Shown piece after piece: positions 31,511-40,888 of a stretch of 64,000 bases of DNA. The notes below the pieces were generated by a model. That model had not been told where the DNA came from. It did not search any database and saw only the letters and a list, made by a program, of their open reading frames with translations. The DNA comes from a virus. The stretch is from the IMG/VR virus record IMGVR_UViG_3300028558_000001, positions 1-64,000 of that record; one strand, written 5' to 3'. The stretch's first letter is position 1. Every line of letters begins with the position of its first letter. The position numbers and the translations under genes are program-made.

Positions 31511-33046
31511 ATGAAAAGAGTTTGGTCGCCACAACAGAAGGCGTTTCTTGAATTCATCATGAACTCTACTAGTTCATGTGTTCTGATCGCTGTTGCTGGC
31601 GCTGGAAAGACTACGGTTATTCTTGCCGCTTGTGAGGATATTGCTGGTTCTTCTGCAATTCTTGCCTTTTCTAAGGCTATTGCCGAAGAGCTTAAAGCAA
31701 AACTCATTGCGATGGGAATTGACTGGAAAAAGGCTTTGGCCGGAACGGTTCATTCCTTTGGTTTTTCTGCGCTTCGCAAAGCTTTCCCGAATGTCAAGGT
31801 TGATAACTATAAGGTTGCCAATATCATTGGTGACTTTGTTAAGCTTGGCATATTCACAGAAGCGACGGCGGCCTATGCAGGAACTATTGGCAAGATTGTA
31901 AGCATGGCAAAGCAACGCGCTATTGGTGTGCTGGCTCGGCTCGATGATGTTAATCAATACTATGACATTATCGAGCATTTCGACGTTCTTGCTAATGACA
32001 ACGATTATCCTGAGCATGATGTTCTGGAAAATATTGTTCAGGCTGCTATCCGTGTACTGAAATCTTCGAATAGTCAGACTTCTATCGTCGATTATGACGA
32101 TATGGTTTACTTGCCGTTGATCCATCGTTGCCGGTTTTGGCAGTATGACAATGTATTCGTTGATGAGGCGCAAGATACTAATCCTGCGCGTCGTGCATTG
32201 GTTGCTGCATTGGTCAAGAAAGGCGGTCGAGTTATTGCTGTTGGTGATCCTTCGCAAGCAATCTTCGGATTTACTGGCGCGGATGCTGACTCGCTTGACT
32301 TGATTGCTAAAGACTTCAATGCTGAAAGACTTCCTCTGACGGTAACGTATCGTTGCCCGAAGGCGGTTGTTGCTTTCGCCCATCAATGGGTTGACCATAT
32401 TCAGGCACATGAAAGTGCGCCCGAAGGTTCTGTTACTGAAACCACTAAAGAAGCTTTCCTAGAGCGGAAAGATTTGGATGGCGAAGCGGCTGTACTTTGT
32501 AGAAATACAAAGCCTATTGTCGCCCTTGCCTTCGAATTGATCCGCCGCAAGGTCGCTTGCAAGGTGGAAGGGCGCGACATTGGTAACGGGCTAGTAAAGC
32601 TTGCTACTAAATGGTCGCGTATCAAAACATTGTCTGCCCTTCATGATAAGCTTACTGATTATTATGAAAGGGAGAAAGCTAAGCTTCTGCCTAAGAAGCA
32701 GGAGAACAAGCTTCAAGACATTGAAGACAGGGTTGAAACCTTGAAGGTTATTATTGAAGAGTGCCGCTCAAAGAATCAGGACAAGGTTTCCGATCTTGTC
32801 GTGGCAATTGAAGGTATCTTTGATGATAAAGTGAAAGGTATCCTTGTTCTTTCTACCATTCACAAGTCGAAAGGACGTGAATGGAAGCGAGTGTTCTGGC
32901 TTGACCGCAAGAATACTTGCCCTTCTAAATGGGCTAGGCAAGCGTGGCAAGTAGAACAGGAAAATAACCTGTGCTATGTTGCTGCTACTCGCTCAATGTC
33001 GGAACTGATTGAAATCATTGTTCCGGCCCTGCCCAAGGCCAAGTAA
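31511..33046 (+). CDS. UvrD/Rep-like superfamily 1 helicase
   Basis: AGAGKTT, VDEAQD, VGDPSQAI, TYRCP, TIHKSKGREW, YVAATR. Confidence 0.92.
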   Translation: MKRVWSPQQKAFLEFIMNSTSSCVLIAVAGAGKTTVILAACEDIAGSSAILAFSKAIAEELKAKLIAMGIDWKKALAGTVHSFGFSALRKAFPNVKVDNYKVANIIGDFVKLGIFTEATAAYAGTIGKIVSMAKQRAIGVLARLDDVNQYYDIIEHFDVLANDNDYPEHDVLENIVQAAIRVLKSSNSQTSIVDYDDMVYLPLIHRCRFWQYDNVFVDEAQDTNPARRALVAALVKKGGRVIAVGDPSQAIFGFTGADADSLDLIAKDFNAERLPLTVTYRCPKAVVAFAHQWVDHIQAHESAPEGSVTETTKEAFLERKDLDGEAAVLCRNTKPIVALAFELIRRKVACKVEGRDIGNGLVKLATKWSRIKTLSALHDKLTDYYEREKAKLLPKKQENKLQDIEDRVETLKVIIEECRSKNQDKVSDLVVAIEGIFDDKVKGILVLSTIHKSKGREWKRVFWLDRKNTCPSKWARQAWQVEQENNLCYVAATRSMSELIEIIVPALPKAK

Positions 33047-33112
33047 TATTGGTTTAGTCATTACCATAGGTCAAACTGTGGTAATGCATGAACTAATATA
33101 ATGGAGGGTACA

Positions 33113-35167
33113 ATGCAGAAAGCAAACTTTCTTGATAAGGTCGCTTCTCTCTATCGTTGTGGTAATCGTTCTGACCATGATGAGAAATTGAATAATGCGC
33201 CAGATGAGACTTGGACTAAGCCTGAAATGGCTGGAAAGGCTTGTTGTGCATTGCTTGATGAAATGCTTCAAGCAATGATTAAGTGCAATGCCCTGACTTC
33301 GGAAGATGTTCAGGAAATGTATGATAATCTATGATTAGTTAATAGTTGCTCATTAGAAATAGTGAGCAATCATGAACTAATGTAGTTCACAGTGGAGAAA
33401 ACAAATGAGCATGTCTTTTAATGAAGAGTCTGGCTATTACATTGCTAATCATAACAATGGTTATGCAATCTTTAGTTATGAAACCGAAGAAATGGTTTTC
33501 TTCCATGAAAACTTTCGGAAGGTTCTGACTCGCAAGAACAAACTCATGAAGAAGGTCAAGTAAAATGGTTCTTACTTCTGAAATCGTGAGAGACTATATA
33601 GTATCACTCTATGGTAATATCGAAATCTGTGATATTATTCATGGTGACGATCAAGAACCTAATCGAGACTTCTGGCAAGTCTTCTGTAATATCAATAATA
33701 CAGGTACTCGACTCGTTGTTTGGGTTGAAACCTCAGAAGACGGAGAGAAGTATATTGAGGTCGCTTGATTAGTTTAAGCCTAGCCATTAGTAGCGCAAGC
33801 TGTATAGTGGCTAGTAGTGAACTAATAAAACTAAGGAGAAAGCAAATGAATATTGTCAAGCAAACGGCAGAAGGTAAGACTGTCAAGCAGCTTCCTACTT
33901 ACTTTGAAGTTGTCGGCAATGACATTTATCTTGGTTCTCACAAGATCGGTACTCTCAATACTGAAATGTGGTCAACCATGACTGATCTTGTTGTTGAGAT
34001 GCTTGAGAATGATACTACTCAGCTTGAGAAAGATCATGAAGAAGCTTTGAAAGAAGCAGAAGATGATTATGCTCAGAAGCTTGAAGAGTGGGAAGATAAA
34101 GTAGAAGACCTGAAAGAAGAAGTTTCAGGTCTTGAGGCTCTCAATAGAGAGCAAGAGGAAATTCTGAATAGACTTGAACTTGCCGAAGGTGTACTTGGCA
34201 GGATCAAGGAACTTGAAGAAGAAAACGATGAATGGCGCGAGAAAGTCTCTGAGTTGTCACGTAAAGTCAGAGAGTTGACTCCTAAGCCCAAGAGAAACTA
34301 CAATAGGCGAGTTGCCTGATTAGTTAATAGTTGCTCATTAGAAATAGTGAGCAATCATGAACTAATAGCAATGAAAAGGAGAAAGCAAATGCGTCCGTAT
34401 AAAATGACGGATAACAAAGGTCTACAGCCTGATATGACGGTTGATCTTTGGGCTAAACGTGACAATACTACATCAGGCCGGGGCAAATGGCGCTTGGCGT
34501 GGTGGAAACGTGGTAAGGATAGCTTTGTATATGCCGAAGGCGAATGCTCAGCTAACTATTTTAATACTGCCAAAGATGCATTGGCATATGGATTGCGAAG
34601 GTATGATGAAAAAGGAAAGATTTGGCCTCGCAATGAATACTGATTAGACAGTTTTATTGTGTCAACTAGTTTAGTAAAAAGACTAGTTGACATAAGTAAA
34701 CCTATCTGATATGAGGATTGGTTTAGTAAGGAGAAAACAATGATCCAAGTTTATAGAGTGACAATAACCGTCCCTGATAATCATCCTGATAATAAGGATG
34801 GTTTCGCCCTCCGTCGTCAGTTTATTATCGGTCAGCCGGTTATAGACATTATCAGGGATAAGGTGGAAGCAAAGGGTTATGAATTCAGTTGGGCTATTGA
34901 CCATATCATGACGCCGACTGAAATCATGAACGAGATTGCCAAGGAGTTTGAACGATGAATTTCAGGGTCTATTACCCTGATCTTGGCTTCTATCTTTCTT
35001 CTGCATATCATACACTAGATGATGCTGTACAAGCAGGGAAGAAAATTAGAAACGATTACATCGTGAAGCACATGGGCGGCGAGTCAATTGCCTTTCATGG
35101 AAAATTCGTCGGTTTGGTTGTGGTTCCTGAAAAAAGTTCCAAAACCATGTTGACAAAGCCAAAATGA
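33113..35167 (+). other. Small hypothetical genes (33113-33334, 33405-33563, 33565-33768, 34389-34643, 34740-34958, 34955-35167)
   Basis: SD-preceded ORFs; 33405-33563 (52 aa) is not in the ORF track. Confidence 0.75.
33846..34319 (+). CDS. Acidic coiled-coil protein with basic tail
   Basis: Long E-rich heptads; ends PKPKRNYNRRVA. Confidence 0.8.
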   Translation: MNIVKQTAEGKTVKQLPTYFEVVGNDIYLGSHKIGTLNTEMWSTMTDLVVEMLENDTTQLEKDHEEALKEAEDDYAQKLEEWEDKVEDLKEEVSGLEALNREQEEILNRLELAEGVLGRIKELEEENDEWREKVSELSRKVRELTPKPKRNYNRRVA

Positions 35168-35178
35168 GTCTTTAGGTT
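35150..35178 (+). promoter_or_regulatory. Sigma70-type promoter
   Basis: TTGACA-N17-TAGGTT with GAGTC in the spacer and an A-rich upstream tract. Confidence 0.5.
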
Positions 35179-35239
35179 GTGGTCATGCTCAAGAAAAGGA
35201 GCGACGGCGAAAACGGAATGAAAAAAAGTAGCGATTGAG

Positions 35240-35302
35240 TGGTTTTTTATTGTTGCATTATCTCTAGTACCGTGCTACTGATAATGCAACAGCATGAAAC
35301 CA
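35240..35302 (+). repeat. Divergent copy of the two-tier hairpin
   Basis: TGGTTT/AAACCA lower stem; TGTTGCATTATC/GATAATGCAACA upper stem. Confidence 0.7.
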
Positions 35303-35367
35303 AACAAAAGACGGTTTCAAGTGTGGTAAGTGAAGTTAACAATTAACCCAAACTAGGAGAATGTAAC

Positions 35368-36069
35368 ATGACCAATACCAACGAAAACGCCGCTGTTGTC
35401 GCCGCTCCTGTTTCCAAGGGCCGTGGCAATCCGACCGCGATCAAGTATGGTGCGATCACTTTCAAGTCGATCCGTGCCGCTTCGAACTTCGTCGCCAAGA
35501 AGACTGGCGAGAACCCGAAACTGGTTTACTCCCGCGTTTATCAGCGCGTGAAGGCCGGTCATCCGGTTTCCGAAGCCCTTCGTGCTGCGCCCCTCAAGAA
35601 GGGCAAGGCTGGCATGACTGTTACCATTGGCGCGAAGACTTTCAATTCGCTCATGGATGCTCTCAAGCACAAGTTCAAGAAGGCGACTGCCGAAGAGTTG
35701 TCGGTTCTTTATACTCGCACTCTCGCGCGTATGAAGTCCGGTCTGTCCTTCGATGAGGCGATTGTTTCGCGTGACCTTCGTGGCAAGGCTAACTGCAACG
35801 AAATCACGGTCAATGAAGTGACCTATCCTTCGCTCATTGACGCTATCCGCGCTCTCTACACTGGCTTGACTACCAAGAATCAGGCGGCGGTCTACAATCG
35901 CTTCTCCACTGGCCTCAAGAGCGGCAAGAGCTTCATGGAAATCCTTGAGACTCCTGTTCGCGTCTATCAGAAGTCCAATACTCCGCTCTCCGCTCAGGAG
36001 TCGGTTGAGGCGCTTCTGGAAATGTATCCTGACGCTGATGAAGATGTTGACAACTCTGCTGCGGCCTGA
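35368..36069 (+). CDS. Putative DNA-binding protein with three tandem repeats
   Basis: Three ~60-aa units (T-F/Y-x-S-I/L-x-x-A ... K-x-G-x-x-x-x-E-A/I-L/I); GC-rich codon usage. Confidence 0.6.
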   Translation: MTNTNENAAVVAAPVSKGRGNPTAIKYGAITFKSIRAASNFVAKKTGENPKLVYSRVYQRVKAGHPVSEALRAAPLKKGKAGMTVTIGAKTFNSLMDALKHKFKKATAEELSVLYTRTLARMKSGLSFDEAIVSRDLRGKANCNEITVNEVTYPSLIDAIRALYTGLTTKNQAAVYNRFSTGLKSGKSFMEILETPVRVYQKSNTPLSAQESVEALLEMYPDADEDVDNSAAA

Positions 36070-36078
36070 TACGGAATA

Positions 36079-36106
36079 AGAGGGAAGGAAATCACTCCTT
36101 CCCTCT
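36079..36106 (+). terminator. Strong hairpin after 35368..36069 (terminator or stability element)
   Basis: AGAGGGAAGGA-AATCAC-TCCTTCCCTCT; no U-tract. Confidence 0.5.
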
Positions 36107-36283
36107 GCCCCTTGCAATAATTTCTATGAAAGGAATTTCATGATGAGCAAGGAATTTATGGGAATTGAGATTTTAAATGCCTTGAAAGCCATTACTGAAT
36201 TAATTTTTGGTAGTGGCTTTCTTTTACCTTGTTTTCTATGATTGCATATGCTAGATCATATGTGATTATACAAACCAAGTTAT

Positions 36284-36375
36284 GGGGAAGGCTAGTAGCC
36301 GATTGACAGGTAGCAACTGTACATTACGCTCTCGCTAAGCAGATGAATTTGTTGGTGCAATTCCAACGTTCCCCT
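36284..36375 (+). ncRNA. tRNA-like element (non-canonical)
   Basis: GGGGAA/TTCCCC acceptor-like stem; GTTGG-TGCAATT-CCAAC T-arm; ACAG-GTAGCAA-CTGT arm; no canonical D-arm. Confidence 0.35.
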
Positions 36376-36813
36376 TCTCTTTCTAATGGGTGATCCAATG
36401 TCTATGGATATGAGCAAGCTGAATAAGAATATCGTGAATGATGTAATTGCGTTTCACGATTGGGATAACGAGGAGTCCGGCGAAAGGGCTGCTCGTTATT
36501 TCCTCCTTGCCTCTCCAATTGACGTGCTGCTGGATTATCTGAATTATAATGGTATTCTTGGATATGATACCGATATTAAGAATATCCTGTCCTCTGGTAT
36601 CCATAAGGGAGAATGAAATGTTGGTATTTGACAATCTATACGGTCAGCCACTTAATTGTATCTGTTATATTTCTCCAACTAAACTTGGATATGAGATACA
36701 GCATAGAGGATTTAATGACTATTATAATCAGGAGGTAACAGAAGGAGATTGGCTATATTATCCTTCTGAAAGCCTCATGATGGTTCCCAAGGAAGTTGGT
36801 GATTGGGATTGTT

Positions 36814-36871
36814 AATCAGTTGACAGGGTAGCTATAGGAGCATATCTTATAGCTACCTCAGTGAACTTGTT
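36814..36871 (+). repeat. Divergent two-tier hairpin containing a sigma70-like promoter
   Basis: GGGTAGCTATAGGA/TCTTATAGCTACCT stem; TTGACA(36820)-N17-TATCTT. Confidence 0.65.
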
Positions 36872-36899
36872 ATCATAGAATACTCAAAGGAGAATAAAC

Positions 36900-37445
36900 A
36901 TGGCTATTCCTACCATTACCGTCAAGGTTCCTCACTCGCAGTATGATGGTTCTGTTATTGAACCTGATTCTTTTGCTTATGACATTACCGCTAAGAAGTG
37001 GAAGCATAAGCTTACCATCGCAAGGGAAGTGATTGAAAGCTATACCAAGTCTGTCATCACTCAGGACAACTTGGTTTCTCTTGGTGTTCCCCTGCTCCAA
37101 GAGAAGAATTTCGTGACTCATGATGTTGAGCGGGCTAATCTCCTGCGGGCCTCTGAGATTGCCCCGGAACAGCTTGTGGATGGCAGCATTAGCGGTATCC
37201 GTACTGTCTGCTCCAATGAGCTTACCAAGCTTCCTGAGACTTCTTCTGATACCGATTCCGAATCCTCTGAGAAGAAGGGCAGGGGACGCCGCTCGCGCTA
37301 TCCCTACGCCACCTGTGCGATTGGTGAAAGCTTTGAGATTGACGCTGGCTCTCCTGCGATCACTCTCAATCACAGCCTCATTGGTAATCGTGCCTTTCAG
37401 GTGGAAATCAAGAACGGTCGCTTCCTCATCACTCGCACCAAATAG
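36900..37445 (+). CDS. Hypothetical protein, possible DNA-binding C-terminal domain
   Basis: GRGRRSRYPYATCAIGESFEI motif; strong SD. Confidence 0.6.
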   Translation: MAIPTITVKVPHSQYDGSVIEPDSFAYDITAKKWKHKLTIAREVIESYTKSVITQDNLVSLGVPLLQEKNFVTHDVERANLLRASEIAPEQLVDGSISGIRTVCSNELTKLPETSSDTDSESSEKKGRGRRSRYPYATCAIGESFEIDAGSPAITLNHSLIGNRAFQVEIKNGRFLITRTK

Positions 37446-39383
37446 GAGCCTATTATGGCAACTAATTCTCTTGAATATGGTATCGTTACTTCTGCAACAC
37501 CAGAAATCAGGTTGTTTGATAGAAACGACGATAATGTTCATATGAACCCAATGCCCGGTAAAGGTTTCAGGTTCTATCGTAACTCTCCTGAGACTTGCGC
37601 CTTGCAAATCAGGGGAGAAAAGCGTTACGCTCATATCTCACTAAACGTTCCTGAACTGGAACTGTTGAGGGAAGCAATCAATAATGAGATTGATTATCTT
37701 CGTCCTCCTATGGGAACCAAACGATAAGGAGTTAATCATGAAGTACATGACTCGCAATATCTTCTCTAACAAACAATGGAATTGTCAAGCGGTAATCATG
37801 GAGGTTATGGATTCTGTTAGTCCATATGTTGTCATGATCCATCCTATGTATGGTCCCAACAGGATTCAACAGGAGCCTAGGGAATTCAAAACAGAGGAAG
37901 AGGCAATTGAATTTGCCAAGAAGGTGATTGGCGTTAACTAAACTTTGGAGGTTTGACTAATATCTAATTAGGATATGGTTGTTGGGATATAATGATCGTC
38001 AGAATAAAGAGTGTTTGATATAAAGGTTGACTAACCAGAATCCATATGGTTTTATAGCTATATGGATTCGAGTGAGTTTACTTCTTATGAAAGGAAATCA
38101 AAATGGACAAGGACATTAAGACGCTTGAGCAAGAGATTGCGACTCAAGAAGCCTTCTTGTTTAACCTCAAGAAGATTAAGAAAGAGAAAGAGGATGCAAT
38201 TCGAGAGAATGTCAAGCCTATCTTTAAATGGGTTGCTGTGAGGCGTCATCCTCGCCAGCATGATTCCTTTGACTTCATGTATGATACTTCAATTGTAAAG
38301 TATTACATATATCGTGAGTGCATGAACAAGGATGAAATGAGGGCTGCTAAGATTTCTGATTGGAATTGGTCTACTGGTGGCATGGATTACCTGTTTAATA
38401 CTGGTAATGGAATGCTAATCACTGGTATTTCTGGGGGGACTCTTATCTTTAATGCAGAAGAAAAGGATCGTCATCTTTGGCTAGAGGTATCGGAATTCCT
38501 TTGCAAGAATCCTGATGGCGGTGATCTTACTCATATCTTTGTGGGAGAATGAAACTATGGCCGACTTCATTCCAAAAAATATTCCTGCATCTGTAAAGAA
38601 AAGGCTCGTTGATTGGAGTGATGAGCGGAGAACAGAGGGCAGATACTTTCTAGCAACTGCCTATGGATGGGCATTTGAACCATCAGATAATGAAGATATT
38701 GCTCTTCATTGTAAATCATTTGGCACTAGAAAAGAAGCATTTGACTATGTTATGAAATATGTTAAGCCCTGCTCATGCGGAAGATGCATTCGTGGAAAGG
38801 AATGAAACTAATGATTAAGTATGTACAGATCAATGACTTTATCTATCAAGTTATTCTTGATGGGCAAGTCATTGGCAAGATCAATAGGAAAAATGAGGGA
38901 TGGCAATATACTCCGACAGGATCGAAGATAAGCGGGGGTTATTTTCCTACTCTTCGATCCTGTAAACAATCATTGGGGTGTTAACATGACATATACTGAT
39001 AGATTCCTTGGTCAAGATCATACAGTAGTTCAATATATAATTGAAGGACAATATAACCTAAACTGTTCAGATTCCTATGCTGGTAAATGGTCTTATCTAG
39101 GAGATAATATCTTCCCTGAACATTTTGGGGAACGCCATGCAAAGTATGGTGAAAAATGGGTTGATGTATGCCCATTTTTCCTTGCATATAAAGATGGGTG
39201 GCAAGTAACAGGCCATTCGGGATATGCTAAAGAAGAACTGGCGAAGGAAGCATTCTTGCGCTTTATCCAGAATTACCCGCGTGATGGATATTACATAAAT
39301 TTCCGCTTGACAAAGAGAATCGTGACGGTTAAAAACGAGACTGTAGATTCACTGTATTGACGAAATAATTTTGATAAGGAGTT

Positions 39384-40862
39384 ATGGCTAGCATGTTCAA
39401 GTTAATTGATTATGATACTAAAGAAGATTATTTAGATTCATCGGACAATCTTTTCTTATTCGATACTGGAGCCGAAGCCTCTAAGAAGGCCAAGGAAGTA
39501 GAATTTTGGTTTGGTATTAAAGTAGTTGTCAAACCATATATTGTTCCCACGGATGAATGGAAAGATCGTGAACAAGGGCGATTAGATTCGGGTGAGTATA
39601 CTAAGGTCATCCCCGAACTACAAAAGCATTGCTTACCAGAACATTTTGTTCATGTCTCTAAAAAGAACCCAAGTCTCATTGCATATACTGCTAATCCTGA
39701 CAAGGGCGTGGCAGATAAACAGACTCAATCTTCTGTCATGGGCTATCTAGAGCGTTTTGCTCCTACGTTATCTTATAAAGAACGAGAAGAAATTCATCAT
39801 ACTCATATGGATATGTATTGTGCCGTTGAATTAAAGTGGGCGCGTACTCCTGATGAAATTGAGTATGTATATACTCATTATAGTGAAGATGCTTGTTCTG
39901 TATCAGAATCATGTATGAGATATGCTGCTGATGAATTCACGTCTCAATTCCATCCTGTTCGGGTCTATGGCGACTCTGATCTTTCAGTTGCTTATCTAAC
40001 AGATGAATTTGGTTATACTGTTGCTAGGGCGTTAGTATGGGAGGAGAAATTAATCTATTCTCGCGTCTACGGTGGGAATGATGATGGTAATAAACTTCAT
40101 CATCTTCTTAGGAAGAAGGGCTTTAAGAAGTCCTGTGGTTATTATGATGATGGTGAAGAAGATGAGTATACATCTGACAAATCTTTTGATGGCGCATTGC
40201 TTCCTGCCTTCCTTTATGAAGGCGAGTTAGATAATCAGGTTGATGCTCATGTCATGCCATATATTGATGAGGGATCATTCGTTGATCTAATTAAAGTTGA
40301 TGGGAAGAAGAAGTTCAAACTCAATGCTAATTCTTCTTCTGAAAAGTATTATTGCCAGCATACTAATGGTTTAACTCATGATTGTGAAGAATTAGGCGAA
40401 AGGTATCAATGTTATCATTGCACTGATAGATATACCACTACCGATAGTATGCACTATGTTAAGGTAGATCATTGGAGCACAGAATTATTCTGTACCTACT
40501 GTTATAATAACAGAACCTTTTTCTGTGAGGGAACACAAAGGGACTATTATTCTGATAGTTTTGACTGTGTTATCGTTGATGGTAATATGTATGAAGAGTC
40601 ATATGCCGAAAAGCACTTCCGTAAGTGTGAAGACTGCGATGAGTATTCTAAAGAACCATTAATCACAGTAGAGAATAAAGATGACAAAGTAGAAATTTGT
40701 CATGATTGTTTTTGTAACATTTCTTCTACTCTATTCTATGATAGGAAAGATCATCGTCTATACTCAAATGATCTGAGGGAAGAATTTTCAGCAACGGGTG
40801 AAGTTATTCCTGTTAGGGGTATTGACATTACGGTTGCAACGTGTTTCCATGCTCATACGTAA
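39384..40862 (+). CDS. Conserved phage protein with Cys-rich C-terminus, paralog of 42750..43832
   Basis: SCMRY, HPVRVYGDSD, ARALVW..YSRVYG, MPYIDE; several CxxC pairs. Confidence 0.7.
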   Translation: MASMFKLIDYDTKEDYLDSSDNLFLFDTGAEASKKAKEVEFWFGIKVVVKPYIVPTDEWKDREQGRLDSGEYTKVIPELQKHCLPEHFVHVSKKNPSLIAYTANPDKGVADKQTQSSVMGYLERFAPTLSYKEREEIHHTHMDMYCAVELKWARTPDEIEYVYTHYSEDACSVSESCMRYAADEFTSQFHPVRVYGDSDLSVAYLTDEFGYTVARALVWEEKLIYSRVYGGNDDGNKLHHLLRKKGFKKSCGYYDDGEEDEYTSDKSFDGALLPAFLYEGELDNQVDAHVMPYIDEGSFVDLIKVDGKKKFKLNANSSSEKYYCQHTNGLTHDCEELGERYQCYHCTDRYTTTDSMHYVKVDHWSTELFCTYCYNNRTFFCEGTQRDYYSDSFDCVIVDGNMYEESYAEKHFRKCEDCDEYSKEPLITVENKDDKVEICHDCFCNISSTLFYDRKDHRLYSNDLREEFSATGEVIPVRGIDITVATCFHAHT

Positions 40863-40888
40863 TCGTTAATCAAAAGGAAATAGTTTTA

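Larger units (their letters stand above)
27778..34710 (+). repeat. Array of 18 intergenic two-tier hairpins: 27778-27826, 28037-28095, 28279-28328, 28616-28663, 28882-28931, 29156-29220, 29577-29638, 29919-29970, 30229-30280, 30513-30561, 30785-30835, 31088-31138, 31440-31487, 33046-33099, 33334-33381, 33768-33826, 34319-34366, 34643-34710
   Basis: Consensus ATTAGTTTA-N3-[7-13 bp stem, often GAAA/GCAA loop]-N3-TGAACTAAT, followed 10-25 nt later by a GGAGAAA SD; compensatory changes in both stems. Confidence 0.95.
36386..39360 (+). other. Hypothetical genes (36386-36616, 36618-36815, 37455-37727, 37738-37941, 38103-38552, 38557-38805, 38811-38984, 38986-39360)
   Basis: Consecutive + strand ORFs. 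Confidence 0.7.

Noticed and set aside
28076-34388. N-terminal extensions such as MPSIELI, MLLHELI, MPRHELI and MSNHELI in the ORF track
   Set aside because: These are translations of the hairpin 3' arm upstream of the real SD, not a shared leader peptide.
27778-34710. Junction repeats as a CRISPR array
   Set aside because: The intervals are whole genes of 150-1500 bp, repeat sequence varies while structure is kept, and no cas genes are visible.
27778-34710. Junction repeats as canonical integron attC sites
   Set aside because: They lack the RYYYAAC...GTTRRRY core arrangement, wobble pairs favour the sense strand rather than the bottom strand, and no tyrosine recombinase is in the window. 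A non-canonical DNA role is not excluded.
27778-34710. Junction repeats as intrinsic terminators
   Set aside because: No U-tract follows the stems, and most copies have no promoter to restart transcription.
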